From the IMG/VR virus record IMGVR_UViG_3300008116_000125, positions 7,713-71,712 of that record: 64,000 bases of DNA. One strand, written 5' to 3'. Below, one piece after another: positions 24,201 to 35,076 of the stretch (positions are counted from its first letter, which is position 1; every line of letters starts with the position of its first letter). A program made the position numbers and the translations under genes. Source of the stretch: a virus. The notes beneath the pieces were generated by a model, which was given only the letters and a program-made list of their open reading frames with translations, did no database searches and was not told where the DNA came from.

Positions 24201-27200
24201 ATCAAAAAAGTTATCTACTCTAGGAACAACGGACATCTTGCCCTTGAAGGACCAGAATCCTTCAACTAGAGTTCTTTCCTTGTTTGCTAAAGGCTGAGAT
24301 ATTAGTTCTTTTTCAGTGTACTGAAGAGTAACTAGATCGCCGGTTTTTTGTACACCTACACTCTCCGCATCGTTGTACATTAAGTCGATCGAATAAATTT
24401 CTTCCTGCGGTACTAGCCTTGAGCTAGCTGTATCTACTAATGCTTTGTATTCACTATCATGAATGTTTGATATAACATAGTTATCAAACGAGTCAATAAA
24501 GAATCCGTTCTTAAATACTTCTACTGTATTATTAGCTTCACTAGGAATAGTTAATGTAGCGGCATTAGCTTCTAGAGTGTTTAAAAGGGTATAATACTCT
24601 AGCCTCTGTAGTCTATTTTCAAGATCTCTTATATCCTGCATTGTGTAACGTTTTGTCTGCAGAGGTGTTATCGTATTTTTAAGATCGGGTCGTTTATTTA
24701 AAGCTGCAGCCTTAGAAGAAAGGCTTGGAAAAGGCATTACTCGTATAACACCGAGATCCATTGATGTTGATTCTTGAGGAGGAGCTACCGGTCTAATTCC
24801 GGGAAGACCTTCCAGCACTCTTAAGTTGCCGTCTCTGCCTAAAACAAGTCTATCTACTCTAGATAGATATGCTTCAATACTACATTCAAAACTTCTAAGT
24901 GGTGATGGATAGAATTTTTCACCAGACGCGATAACCTCAGTGCCGTCTGGGTTAACTGTAGCACCACCAACTGTAGATGAAAGTGCAGCAGTGTTTGCAA
25001 CTAGAGGTCTAAAATCAATACTGTCTCTTAGTGAATATTGTTGACCGGATGTCGGAGAAATAAAGACTGGAATCGACTCAGTTCTAATTTTATTAGTTGG
25101 TAATGGAACAGTATCGTCATCGATAGGATAAGATTCTGTAGAGAAGTACTTACCTGACGAGTGTGTAAATACCTTTAATTTGACTAGCAGATTGTTTGAT
25201 CCTGATAACGCAGCAAGAGTTGACCCTGGCTTACGTCTTAAATAGGCTAATCCATAGTAATTATCTCTTTGCCCATCATCAAGCTCGAACTGCTCTGCAT
25301 AATTTGTAGTTGTGTCGGAATATGTTGTTCCTGTGCCTACGTAAACAGCTTCAATACTTAAAACATCTGGTATTCCAAGGCACCATGGTCCATTTGGAGA
25401 GTCACCAAGTATTGAGCCTTGAAGCTTAACATAGACAGGGTTGTTTAATGTTTTTGTTTTTACTCCTGGCTCATAATTCTCTAGGTCATGATACATTGCA
25501 AAAGTAGATGCGACGTTTATAGCTGTACCAACATCAACTGTAATACTGGTTGTTGAATTAACGGTAATGTCCCTGCCGCTTCTGGTGAAATCGATAGGAA
25601 CACCTTTAACGAATGCAGGGTAATGACCATTAGCTGAGTAGCTGCTTCCAAATGTATTGGCAACTGCAAGTTTTGTATCGCTGTAAATCTCTGTAATACG
25701 GTCTATAGGACCTGATGCGCCAACCTGAATAAAATCACCAACTTCGTATTGAGTAGTAAAGAAGGTCGATGTACCAATAATATTAGCTCCGCCAGATGTT
25801 GCGCTCACTGTGCCTGCTAGATTAGACGATGCTCTAAACGATGCTGAAGGTACAATAATAAACTCTCTCTTCTGATCGGTAGTAAGAGCACCAGCTCCAT
25901 AAGGTAAGGTATTACCTCCCGAAAAGCTAATTGTAACGTCCCCAGCTGTAGTAAACGTACTATTTGTGGTTGTTCTAAAAATAAATTCTTCAGCGTTAAG
26001 CTCTTTGACTGCAAAGGTACCAGTATTAAAAACAAGTATATCATTTTCAACATCTTTGAGTTCTGCTTGGCCGTCTACCAGTACACAGTCAGCAACAGCC
26101 GTAGAGCCAATGCTTAAAGCTCTCACTCTGCCAAATGGAATTCCAGGAGAAAGCTTGATGTTAAAAAGATAAAGTCTATAGACACAACTGGGAGTTCCAA
26201 TAGTACCGCTGTGATATACAATAGACCTAACTTGTGCAGTACCTATTTCTTGACCTGGGGCTATCGGTGTATTACCAGCATTATCAGTAACTTCGGTTCC
26301 TGGACTTGATCTTAAATTAACGGTTGTGCCTTGCTTAATATCAAAATGGCCAAGCATCTGATTGACTAGCACGTAGCTACCATATTGCGTATTAATAGTT
26401 TGATTAACCGCATTAGCAGAGTCAGTACCTTTTCTTACCGGTGTTTTAACATAGTTAAGAATTTGAACTCGCTCACCTCCCACATAAGATGTTCCCGATC
26501 CTACAACGACGTTAAAATGAGTTGTATTACCGGTGATATCCTCGGTATCAAGAGAGATAGGATTAATTACGTAGTTGCCGCTCTCTTCAAAAGTTCTTCT
26601 AGTAATTTCCCTGTTAACAGAATTAAACTGGGTGTAGGTTCTATCTTTAATTACTCTGCCATTTTCAAATTCAAGTAGCGCTAGAAACTCGTTATTTGCT
26701 CTTGCTTCGTTTTTAGTTAATGTTATAAGCTGGGGTACTATTTTAAGTCTATTAGCACCAGGGGCAGCATAATTTGGAGTGCCTGTAGCAACATCAAGAA
26801 GAGATGTATCAATTGCGCTATTTACAAACGACTCAGCGCTCATAAAACCAACTACCTTGTTATTAGGTTGATTTGAATATTTTTCGAGCACTATTTCCTG
26901 CTCGTCAACTCTAATAAAGCTGCCCTTTTGATAAATTACACCCTCAGAAGTTTTAACGGCTGCGCCAGTACCAACTGCATTTGCTACTGATGAAACTGTC
27001 AGTTCAGCAATATAGTTAACGGCAGCAATGTTTGCACCGGAGCCAGTAGAGGTTGTAATTGCAACGTTAGGTGCTGTTGTATATCCGGTTCCTTTGGAAG
27101 TTACTGATACATCAACAATTTTACCTGCAGAGTCTGTTGTAAGTGTGGCTGTAGCTCCTGAGCCGCCGCCTCCCGAGAAAGACACTGTATCACTATTTGA

Positions 27201-27707
27201 ATAAAGTGTTCCACCGAGTACGATGCTAAGATCTTCTATTGTTCTATTCTTATTAAATACTTTAACTACTTGAGCTGCAGAAAAAGTCTTTTCTCCGCCC
27301 GATCCTGTATTTTGATATTTAATATAAAGAGTATTTAAATTTGGATCTTGAGATTCAAGACCAGTAATATAGTTAACAGAAAACGCTCTTAGATTAGAAG
27401 ACTCCTGAACGATTAACGCATTAGAATATAAAGCCATATTGACTGGCTGGCCATCTAACTGGTTATCTAAAATTTTAATATAGTTGTATCTGTAATCAGG
27501 TGTTAAAGAGCAGCCTTGAATAATTGTACCGGTGCGGTAAATATTGTCACCAAATCTCTCAATTTGATTTTGTAATATTGTTTGAAGCTGGGTAAGCTCT
27601 CTTGCTTGGACGGCTACGCCTGGTCGAAACAAAACTCTATGAAAGTTTTTAGTCTCGTCAAAATCGTCGTAGTATGGTGAAACGTTTAAATTAGAATCTA
27701 AAGGCAT
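21204..27707 (-). CDS. Large virion/baseplate protein, DUF4815 (VrlC-like)
   Basis: LNVSPYYDDFDETKNFHRVLFRPGVAVQARELTQLQTILQNQIERFG; KRYTMQDI...LEYYTLL; FKNGFFIDSF; DPLAQTF. Confidence 0.88.
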   Translation of the reverse strand: MPLDSNLNVSPYYDDFDETKNFHRVLFRPGVAVQARELTQLQTILQNQIERFGDNIYRTGTIIQGCSLTPDYRYNYIKILDNQLDGQPVNMALYSNALIVQESSNLRAFSVNYITGLESQDPNLNTLYIKYQNTGSGGEKTFSAAQVVKVFNKNRTIEDLSIVLGGTLYSNSDTVSFSGGGGSGATATLTTDSAGKIVDVSVTSKGTGYTTAPNVAITTSTGSGANIAAVNYIAELTVSSVANAVGTGAAVKTSEGVIYQKGSFIRVDEQEIVLEKYSNQPNNKVVGFMSAESFVNSAIDTSLLDVATGTPNYAAPGANRLKIVPQLITLTKNEARANNEFLALLEFENGRVIKDRTYTQFNSVNREITRRTFEESGNYVINPISLDTEDITGNTTHFNVVVGSGTSYVGGERVQILNYVKTPVRKGTDSANAVNQTINTQYGSYVLVNQMLGHFDIKQGTTVNLRSSPGTEVTDNAGNTPIAPGQEIGTAQVRSIVYHSGTIGTPSCVYRLYLFNIKLSPGIPFGRVRALSIGSTAVADCVLVDGQAELKDVENDILVFNTGTFAVKELNAEEFIFRTTTNSTFTTAGDVTISFSGGNTLPYGAGALTTDQKREFIIVPSASFRASSNLAGTVSATSGGANIIGTSTFFTTQYEVGDFIQVGASGPIDRITEIYSDTKLAVANTFGSSYSANGHYPAFVKGVPIDFTRSGRDITVNSTTSITVDVGTAINVASTFAMYHDLENYEPGVKTKTLNNPVYVKLQGSILGDSPNGPWCLGIPDVLSIEAVYVGTGTTYSDTTTNYAEQFELDDGQRDNYYGLAYLRRKPGSTLAALSGSNNLLVKLKVFTHSSGKYFSTESYPIDDDTVPLPTNKIRTESIPVFISPTSGQQYSLRDSIDFRPLVANTAALSSTVGGATVNPDGTEVIASGEKFYPSPLRSFECSIEAYLSRVDRLVLGRDGNLRVLEGLPGIRPVAPPQESTSMDLGVIRVMPFPSLSSKAAALNKRPDLKNTITPLQTKRYTMQDIRDLENRLQRLEYYTLLNTLEANAATLTIPSEANNTVEVFKNGFFIDSFDNYVISNIHDSEYKALVDTASSRLVPQEEIYSIDLMYNDAESVGVQKTGDLVTLQYTEKELISQPLANKERTLVEGFWSFKGKMSVVPRVDNFFDREITATSSVEINIADPINALVNAQNEINSRVATATSLINSVSQVSSAEERQGNWLITNHTENITETYEDEFRTITVPPVQTSVTQINNLLTSVHVNPYMRGQKIGLYIVGLRPGAQHYLFFDGVDLTSDAVPATLSNLGNASIDDFTPLYNKGASPGLFADEKGTLAIVVWMPSDTFTTGEKEFLVMDVSTLDSEQSASSKATGKFASFTLSGEATNITIATKSFDLAETSFDTQTFTSTRAVTTSREWTEFERIPEPDPLAQTFLVQKQAGRSDFINITSIDIFFKQKDATRGVTLELREVDDGGYPTSQVLPFSRCYKTSAEVNVSSNASAATKFTFPSPVTLKTGREYAITLTPDNNTPDYRVWTAIAGVPDVTNTNLLANFTWGLGTLFFSTSGRAFTSVQNEDLKFLVRYAEYSPLTGSVKLNNGDMEFLSISGVSGGFIDGEDVAQLANNYTNVTITTNSNSYIINTSSSLTSSINANDYILVLYGTNNIAKTANVKSTGTTVTNSTSTSTSFDTDYAIGDFIRIGNELRLVTAIASATSMTIDAPFNSTITDSQHYSTDEKFDVLRVVSANSSALTVNRPALYTTNSSVVACMQKVVRGTINYYSPGTGKMFLSNSNASNSSFKIFTNTATYFAYLIGDRSDAIAKVTSIDNMQASGFTPLINLLQLPSTTANFSIEIAKNLGGTHTASYNLGGKNLFEMNDLGLIKSKSNEISGAGSTKSFSATINIESDNGDITPVLDVNPISIVIQKYNINNDSTNENTRYGNALTKYVSKRLELAEGLDSEDIKVYLKAYKPVSTDIEVYAKILNSSDSESFDDKDWSKLELVTSSTLYSSSINKSDMREYEYTFRKTPTTVSIAGKVETDGTTTIIGSGTLFTTDFAEDDLIKIVYSNSETDYEIIPIATINSDTDITLASATSAASAGPGYSIEKVTNPREAFKYMFNEGVVRYFDGAKAPHDTYKFMAIKIVLKSSSSHLIPYVDDVRAIAVSV

Positions 27708-27716
27708 TGCGTCCTC

Positions 27717-29708
27717 TTAAAAATTAATAATTAATCTTAGAGTTTCTGATTGAGAAGGATCTCTTGAAATAGCAGCACTATTCTCTATGTATATAACCTC
27801 TCCAGAACTAACACTACTTAGAGTAAACGAAGCTGCACCCTGATCTTCTCTTATTTGTTCGGCAGGATCAGCGTTAATAGGGCCTCTTTCAACAGTTAAA
27901 AATACATACGTGCTATTTGATGAGTGATAATAAGCATTGCTCAAAGAAATATCTGTTTGTAAAACTTTAGCATCCTCAGGCATAGTACCTGATTTTGTTG
28001 TATAAGAAATTCTTGTTCTGTTATCAAATGTATTCCAGTTATTATAATTTTTTTCGTTAACGTTTATATTAGTAACGTTTGCAAAAGCACCTGATGTCTC
28101 TCCTATAACAATCTTGCTTGTAACGAATTTTGGTTCGACGTTGCTCATTGTTAGGTAAGGAGATGCATTTCCCGTCTTCACCCCGCTAGCAAGAATACTT
28201 ACATATGCGCATCTAGCAAATTCTGTAAGGAAAGGAAGCTCATCATTTACTGAAATAGCTGTTGAGTTAATAACAGAGGTTACGGTTCTGAGACAGTGGA
28301 CACCAGAAATGGTGTCAGTTATAAGAACTCTATCGTTTTCTTTTAGAGCAAGATTAAACTGTGTTCCAACACCTCTAACCGTTGTTGATGTTGTATTGCC
28401 TGTAGCTGTTCCAAGTAGAGTTTTATACTCAATTTGGTAAACGTTCTCACCGGTTACAAACGTACCAACTTCATTGTCGAGCGTGAGAGTAACGTTTCTA
28501 AAAAGCGGATCTCTTAATAATATTAACTTGCGATAATCATTATCGGTAGTTACATATCCACCTTCACTTGTGTTAAACGAAACACTAACACCAACGGCTT
28601 TTGCTCCTAATTCTGACGGAGCATTTTTTCCATGTCCTCCGACAGGAGGTATAATAGGTCTTAATACCGCTGTGTTTGAGACGCCGCCCGTATTACCGGT
28701 TACTAATGCTGATGCATATGTATAGTTATTACCGCGATTAATAATATTAATTTTACTGATAAAATTATTAACTGTGGCGTTTGAGCTAACTGTAGCATAT
28801 GCAACCGCTCCGGATCCATCACCGTTAATAACAACATTAGGTGCTACAATGTAAGTAGAATCAGACGATGGAGCTACCGTAAACATCGAGTTAACCGTAG
28901 CTACTCTCGTAACTGCATTGTAATCAACGATTCTTTTAAGTTGACCAGCACCAGTACCTGTTGTAATGTAAATTGCGCTGCCAACATAAAAATCTGTATT
29001 AGATGATGCGTTAGTTGCTAATCTGTATGTGGTAGTGTTACCTGCCACTTCTGGAATAGACTCTCTAAGATCATTTACTTGAAACTGACCGGTTAATGTG
29101 GCGATATAGTTAGATCCAGGATTAGTAATTCTTATAACATCTATTGCGCCTGGCACTGTATTGCCTGCTACATTTGCACTTGTTACTACAGGCATGTAGT
29201 CTGCTGTTGCAAATTTTTCAAAAGTAGCTTCTGGCATTGAGTACATTAATTTCCATGTATAGCCATCAGCTGTAGTAATAAAATTACATGCACTCTCGCT
29301 TGTATTAGTAGGCTGGGTATTAGAGGCTACCCCTCTATTATTGTCCAGGCACTTGTAAACATAGTAAGTAGCTCCGCCGTCTACAACCACGTAGTACTGC
29401 TTTGATGTGATACTAGTGTCTTGATGATCGTAAGGAGTATAAATCGTATTAGAAGTCCATACGTATTTTGGTATCATTAAGCTTACATCTGAAGAATTAA
29501 TTTTTTTACCGAATATACCTTCTTCAAATGAGGTAACCTCTAGCTCTTCAAATGACTCAAAAGGTACAGGAGTGGTAGCGTCGTTATTAGCAAATGGAAA
29601 ATGTCTTGCTGCCATTACATAATAGACGTTGTTAGCAGGCTCAGTAATAGACTCAATGAGCTGCTCTCCAATATGACGTTTGAATTTTTTTGATATAAGT
29701 GTAGTCAT
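27717..29708 (-). CDS. gp8: Baseplate wedge subunit gp8-like
   Basis: WTSNTIYTPYD, YVYKCLDNN, TADGYTWKLMY, PVGGHG, SGEVIYIEN. Confidence 0.85.
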   Translation of the reverse strand: MTTLISKKFKRHIGEQLIESITEPANNVYYVMAARHFPFANNDATTPVPFESFEELEVTSFEEGIFGKKINSSDVSLMIPKYVWTSNTIYTPYDHQDTSITSKQYYVVVDGGATYYVYKCLDNNRGVASNTQPTNTSESACNFITTADGYTWKLMYSMPEATFEKFATADYMPVVTSANVAGNTVPGAIDVIRITNPGSNYIATLTGQFQVNDLRESIPEVAGNTTTYRLATNASSNTDFYVGSAIYITTGTGAGQLKRIVDYNAVTRVATVNSMFTVAPSSDSTYIVAPNVVINGDGSGAVAYATVSSNATVNNFISKINIINRGNNYTYASALVTGNTGGVSNTAVLRPIIPPVGGHGKNAPSELGAKAVGVSVSFNTSEGGYVTTDNDYRKLILLRDPLFRNVTLTLDNEVGTFVTGENVYQIEYKTLLGTATGNTTSTTVRGVGTQFNLALKENDRVLITDTISGVHCLRTVTSVINSTAISVNDELPFLTEFARCAYVSILASGVKTGNASPYLTMSNVEPKFVTSKIVIGETSGAFANVTNINVNEKNYNNWNTFDNRTRISYTTKSGTMPEDAKVLQTDISLSNAYYHSSNSTYVFLTVERGPINADPAEQIREDQGAASFTLSSVSSGEVIYIENSAAISRDPSQSETLRLIINF

Positions 29709-29719
29709 TTAATTATTTA

Positions 29720-32700
29720 TTACGTGATTGTAATAGAAGAGTTGCTTGTTATAGAAAAATCTCCATCAATCGTTTGAACTACTCTACCGTACATTTTTTT
29801 ACCTGCTATGTGAAGAACTTCTTTGAGAGTGTCAAAATATTTTTCAATTGGTATGGAGGTTTGTATCTCATAGGAATAGCTCTGATAATACTCACCATCT
29901 TGAATATATTTAGTATCGTTTAAAAAGCTTTTCGTGGATGAGTAATACCCAGATCCAATTCCTTGCGTAGCAACGTTAGCTTTACCAGAAGCTTCGCGCG
30001 CACCATCTAAAGAAGCAAGTGTCAGTCCTTCGTTATGGGTGTAACCAATACCGGAGTCAATAACCTCAAGTCCGGAGATAGTTCCTTCTGAAGAAACAAC
30101 GTTGGCAAGAATAACAGCGTTATCGCCAACTACAAATGAATTAGAGTCAGGTGTAACAGAAACAACATTTGCTGTAGTGCCTGTGCTTTTTCCTACCACA
30201 GTATTGCTTACTACAAACTCAGTAAATAGACTTACTCTCTTGAGGTTTAAAAATATGTTATTAGAGACGCTCTTTACAGTACCTTTAGCTATCGCTGATG
30301 CAGTGTAGGCTTGAGTATTAGATATTTGAGAGCTTCCTTTTGATGTTGCTCCTATGAGCTTATAAATTTGTGTGTTAGCAGAGGAGGAGGCTGTTGTAGA
30401 ACCAGGAGTCGGGCTAGCGTTGCTTGTTACTGTACCGGTAGTAAATGTTCCTTGAACATCCCTAACTACAAGTGTAGTAGTATTGGAAACAACTAAAATT
30501 CCATTTGCTGTTGATCCCTGAAGTACCTTGTTGCCGGGCTCAAAGTTAGTATTTGACAAGACTGATAATACACTCACATTAATTGTGTTTTGCCATGTAC
30601 CAGTATTACTTACTATAACTGTAGTGTATACTCCAGTTCCAACATCTCTAGAAGCACTGTAGATTATACCTTCGGCAACGCGATTAATACCGTCCGTAGA
30701 ATAAACAACTTCTTGCGCTTCGTAATTATTACTCGAGTTGCCAGAGAAGGTGTTTGATTTAACTTCAACTCCTGGGGTACTTATTGTCTGCTCAATATAC
30801 TCGCCAACTATGAATCCGGGACCGATGATATTTGCAACCTCTAAATTTATATCTCTCTTACCATAAGAAGCTACGTAAGGCTCATATACGGAAACAAATG
30901 GATCAACATTATAATTCTCACCAGGGTTAATTCCAGTTAAAGTTACAATACTACCAATAGTAAGAGTATTAAATCTAAGTAAGTCTAAAATGGTGTATGT
31001 AATGTCTCCGCCTGGTAGCTTTATGAATCCTAGCGATGATACTGGTATGAGATCGGCCCCTGTGCCAACGCCAACTGATCCCCCTGTTGAGTTAACTACA
31101 GAAGCTGTTGGGGTGGTTAAAAGTTTATTTCCAACGTTTGAGCTTAGTCCTACCGCAACAATTGAACCGGAATTATCTGTAATAATAGTAGCGTTGGCGG
31201 CAGTGTAGGAGCCAGCACCGGTGTTCCCTCCACTAAATGTAACAATATTAGTATTGTTATAACCTGAGCCTCCAGCATGAATGTACACTGAGCTCAAATT
31301 ACCAAATGTAGAGTTAGCCCCAGAAATAAGCATTTCAGTAAATTTAACCGAATTAGACCCTGGCCCGTCGTTATTACTGCTAATTAGATCTGGTGATAAT
31401 CTTACCGTTTCAGCATCTCCAATAACACCAACATTAAAATCAGCCCCGTATCCGGTGTACAGAAGCGTTGCTCTTGCTCTTGTATTAGAAGTGGTCCCTA
31501 TAATTATAGTATTACCGGTGCCGTAGAAATCTTGCGTTATACTAGTAAGACCAATTGCTGTGGAGTTTGAAGCAAACAGGTTGGCTGAAGCTGATTTATC
31601 CGTATACAAATTAACTTTACCGCCAATATCAGCAGACAGGTGAATGTAGGAGTTAACTGAAGTTGCCCCTACCTTTACCATTGAATTTCCATAAGACCAC
31701 TTATCAGCTCCAATAGTACTTGTTTCTGAAATTAAATATTCGTATCCACTGAATGCCGCTAAAGGAGTAAACTGATCAATTAATGTAGTTTGATTAGAGT
31801 CAGTATATAATAATATGTTGTTTGTATCATTAAACGTACCAGTACCACCTCTTACTATAAAAGTAGTAACATTGCTATATGTAAAATAATTTTGTCTTGG
31901 AATTGCGGCAACGTAGCCTGTTGCACCGGTACCTGGTTGTATGCAAAATAATCCAACGTGTACTCCGTTAGATCCTAGCGTTGATGTATTAGGTGCAAGA
32001 CATACTGCATTGGTGACAGAAGCAATTACCCCTGTAATATTAAAGCCTGTCCCATTAGACTGTTGTACGGCATCACCAACGTTAAAAATAACATTATCAC
32101 CGGTAAATACTATAGCTTGATCCTGTAAAAATAATACGTTGTTTGAAAAAACATTATTACCAATTTGATTAAGTACAAGATTAGCTGTGTTGGACGAAAG
32201 TATGCTCGTATTCTGTTGTACAGAGGCAATAACAGAGACAGACGGGCTAGATACATCACCGTTAAATATTTGCTTATTAACTGAGAATTGACCAGTAACA
32301 TTATTTAATGAAAAGCTGTATAGATTTTGTGTTACAGTCTCGTTTCTAAAGAAGGTAGTTATTTCTGTATTAACGTTAGTAACGTCAGTTACTCTAAGAA
32401 CTTTTGCACTAACAGTTGTCTCTGCGGTTGTGTTTGAGTAACCCCACCCTCCATCAAGAATAGTAAACTTAACAAGGCCGGTTACTGATTCAACTGAAGA
32501 TACTCGAGCAAAGCCCTCTACCCCTGTGCTCGAAATAATCTTAACAGTTTCCCCTACCGTGAATAATTCTCCGCCAAGTGTTACGCTTATACTGGTTAAG
32601 GATCCAACAATTTTAGGAGCGTCGGTTGTATTAGGGCTATCGAGTACTAGCTCATTAGTTAAAAATGTTCCTACTTTATTACTAAGAAAGGCAAGATCAA

Positions 32701-33274
32701 TAATTTTACCGTTAATATTTCTCGTTATAACATATTCAACAAACGCCGTAGCTCCGGACGTACTACCGGTGACCTGCTTACCAACAAAGCTTTTTGTTCT
32801 AGGAGAAACAGATAGTTCAAGATACTCAGGTATAACCCAAGTTCCATCAGACGGTTTTAAAATATCTTCCCCAGGATTATAAATTTCTATCTTTGTGCCA
32901 TAGAGAATTCTAAAAAATAGGTCAAGTGATCTTTCAGAAGCTTTGGATTTATAAAGGTCATTAGAAGCTTTAATGAGTCTGTCTTCTGTAACAATTGAAT
33001 TAATATCAACGTTTTTAAGAAATTTTTCCTTAAAGTAAACGTAAAACTCGTCGACTGTTTGATCAATATTTTTATATTCAGTAAGCCGTCTAGAGTGGTA
33101 AAGCGGATTGCCGACAAAAGTAGTGCCGGTGTAAGTTGAGTATAGAGGGTCGTTACTTTCAAGCCATTTGTAGTATTCTTCTACAAACAGCATGAAGAGA
33201 GGTCCTTGCTCTTTATAGAACTCAGGAAATTGAGATTCTATAAGAGGGTGTATAATTTTTTCTATAGTACTCAT
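29720..33274 (-). CDS. gp7: Baseplate wedge initiator gp7-like
   Basis: IESQFPEFY...FVEEYYKWLE, LYKSKASERS...FFRILY, ILKPSDGTW, IQDGEYYQSYSYEI...HIAG. Confidence 0.8.
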   Translation of the reverse strand: MSTIEKIIHPLIESQFPEFYKEQGPLFMLFVEEYYKWLESNDPLYSTYTGTTFVGNPLYHSRRLTEYKNIDQTVDEFYVYFKEKFLKNVDINSIVTEDRLIKASNDLYKSKASERSLDLFFRILYGTKIEIYNPGEDILKPSDGTWVIPEYLELSVSPRTKSFVGKQVTGSTSGATAFVEYVITRNINGKIIDLAFLSNKVGTFLTNELVLDSPNTTDAPKIVGSLTSISVTLGGELFTVGETVKIISSTGVEGFARVSSVESVTGLVKFTILDGGWGYSNTTAETTVSAKVLRVTDVTNVNTEITTFFRNETVTQNLYSFSLNNVTGQFSVNKQIFNGDVSSPSVSVIASVQQNTSILSSNTANLVLNQIGNNVFSNNVLFLQDQAIVFTGDNVIFNVGDAVQQSNGTGFNITGVIASVTNAVCLAPNTSTLGSNGVHVGLFCIQPGTGATGYVAAIPRQNYFTYSNVTTFIVRGGTGTFNDTNNILLYTDSNQTTLIDQFTPLAAFSGYEYLISETSTIGADKWSYGNSMVKVGATSVNSYIHLSADIGGKVNLYTDKSASANLFASNSTAIGLTSITQDFYGTGNTIIIGTTSNTRARATLLYTGYGADFNVGVIGDAETVRLSPDLISSNNDGPGSNSVKFTEMLISGANSTFGNLSSVYIHAGGSGYNNTNIVTFSGGNTGAGSYTAANATIITDNSGSIVAVGLSSNVGNKLLTTPTASVVNSTGGSVGVGTGADLIPVSSLGFIKLPGGDITYTILDLLRFNTLTIGSIVTLTGINPGENYNVDPFVSVYEPYVASYGKRDINLEVANIIGPGFIVGEYIEQTISTPGVEVKSNTFSGNSSNNYEAQEVVYSTDGINRVAEGIIYSASRDVGTGVYTTVIVSNTGTWQNTINVSVLSVLSNTNFEPGNKVLQGSTANGILVVSNTTTLVVRDVQGTFTTGTVTSNASPTPGSTTASSSANTQIYKLIGATSKGSSQISNTQAYTASAIAKGTVKSVSNNIFLNLKRVSLFTEFVVSNTVVGKSTGTTANVVSVTPDSNSFVVGDNAVILANVVSSEGTISGLEVIDSGIGYTHNEGLTLASLDGAREASGKANVATQGIGSGYYSSTKSFLNDTKYIQDGEYYQSYSYEIQTSIPIEKYFDTLKEVLHIAGKKMYGRVVQTIDGDFSITSNSSITIT

Positions 33275-35076
33275 TCTTTAATAGGTACCGCCTCTACTTC
33301 AACATCAGCATCTTTAATAATTAAAATTGTATTTTTAGTAGAAGAAATATCTTTTGTTTTAGAATTAAAGTGTAAGCTTATATAAGAGTTGTCATATGAG
33401 GTAACGTTTAGACCTTCTATTTGAACAGTGCCAGTAGTATAGTCAACTGTACCAATATACTTAACAAGAGTTCTATTATCGTTCTGATCTGTACTGTATA
33501 TACCTACCTTACCGTTACCGTCATCTTGTAAAGTGCACGATATGCCGTTGTATACAAACTTTGAGCTATAAACCGCTCTTACAGGTGAGCGAATATATTC
33601 ACCTACGCCAGTTGATAGGTTGTAATATCTATTAAGCTCAAAACCAAGTGTAACGGTCTTATTAAAGCCAACGCCTGGAATTGGTACCATTTTAACAAAA
33701 GGTACTACTAACATATCAATACCGACAATACTACTGTGTGAATTATTAATATTTTCAGCTAGCTTACTGCATCGTATAGTTTTTTTAAATCCGTTAAGCT
33801 TTTCGCTATTGTAATCACTTATTGTCGTACGCACTAAGGTAGCAATTGCATCGGAGGTTAATTTTGTCACATTTGAATTATAGCGGGCTGTAACATCAAT
33901 TTCAAGGTAAAGAAACTCGGGATTAATAAAAACTGGGCTCAAGCCAATTGGCGCTCTTTGCTTAATAAAATCTTCATATCTTCTCTTATCAATATCGGAC
34001 ACACCATCGCCAGTATTCGTATCAATAGAAATAAACACTCTACCGTATTGAGGGGGATATGCATCTTCACCTCCGTATACAGATATTGATTCAATTTCAG
34101 AAAAATTAGCTTTTAAAATATTTTCATAATCGGTAGCAGTTACTGCACGTTCTTGATTTTGATATGCTCTGGGAGCATTAAATTTTATTGAGTCGAGAGA
34201 CTCACTAACGCTTCCTCCCCGAGCAATCTGAGTAGTAGAGATTGTAGAGATATTTGACTGTCCTTGGATAGCGCCGTCAATTGTAAAGGTAGCTGATCCA
34301 TTAGGTAGCTCACCGTTACTCACTCTATATTCCGCAACAATAGTAGCTCCATTTTGCGGAAGTCTTCCTACAACCCCATCTCCAAATAAAATCTCGTATT
34401 GAGAGTTTTCTGCTGCCTGGAGAAAGAATATTTGTGAAGTTGATGTGCTATCAAGAAGTGAGGTAGCGCGAGTATAGGAATAACTATTAGCACCCTCATT
34501 TTCGATTACGTAAACCGAAAGACTTCTTGTATCAATATTAGGGTTTGAAATAACAAATCTTTGACTTGTATTAGATGCTGAATATACAAATGAGTCAACT
34601 ACATAATTACCTTCGTATATTGTAAGATCCGCTACGTTAAACGCCCCACTTGAATTAGCTGTTACCACCAGGTTATCAGCAGTTGTGAATGAGAAATTAT
34701 TAGATCCTATCTTAGTAGTAAAGGACGTACCTTTAGGAATTAATAATGTGTCTAGTGGTGAGGAAGGCGTTAAGGAAAATGATACTTTTGCTTCTGATGA
34801 TCGATAAGATCTAGGAACGTAATTTAATTCTTTAACGTGCGATATGACACTGTCTTTTAGGGTAGCAGTATCAAGAAACATCTCACTTGCTATCATATTA
34901 AGATAGAAAGCGTTTAAATATGTATTATAGGAAAAGATATCTAACAGCTGGCTGATATTAGAGCCTTCATAATCCATATCTTTAAAGGGTGAATCTGATC
35001 TTTTAAGAAACTCTTTAAAGTTGGTTTTTAGCTCATTAAAATCTAACCCTGTAAGTTTGAGATTAGTATTTGCCAC
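33271..35076 (-). CDS. gp6: Baseplate wedge subunit gp6
   Basis: LDFNELKTNFKEFL, DYEGSNISQLLDIFSYNTY, SEMFLDTA, QERAVTATDYE, GGEDAYPPQYGRVFISI. Confidence 0.93.
   Translation of the reverse strand: MANTNLKLTGLDFNELKTNFKEFLKRSDSPFKDMDYEGSNISQLLDIFSYNTYLNAFYLNMIASEMFLDTATLKDSVISHVKELNYVPRSYRSSEAKVSFSLTPSSPLDTLLIPKGTSFTTKIGSNNFSFTTADNLVVTANSSGAFNVADLTIYEGNYVVDSFVYSASNTSQRFVISNPNIDTRSLSVYVIENEGANSYSYTRATSLLDSTSTSQIFFLQAAENSQYEILFGDGVVGRLPQNGATIVAEYRVSNGELPNGSATFTIDGAIQGQSNISTISTTQIARGGSVSESLDSIKFNAPRAYQNQERAVTATDYENILKANFSEIESISVYGGEDAYPPQYGRVFISIDTNTGDGVSDIDKRRYEDFIKQRAPIGLSPVFINPEFLYLEIDVTARYNSNVTKLTSDAIATLVRTTISDYNSEKLNGFKKTIRCSKLAENINNSHSSIVGIDMLVVPFVKMVPIPGVGFNKTVTLGFELNRYYNLSTGVGEYIRSPVRAVYSSKFVYNGISCTLQDDGNGKVGIYSTDQNDNRTLVKYIGTVDYTTGTVQIEGLNVTSYDNSYISLHFNSKTKDISSTKNTILIIKDADVEVEAVPIKE

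Noticed and set aside
27790-27830. Possible short in-frame deletion near the gp8 C-terminus (SFTLSSV-SSGEV)
   Set aside because: Looks shorter than the pattern I recall before SGEV, but this cannot be supported without an alignment
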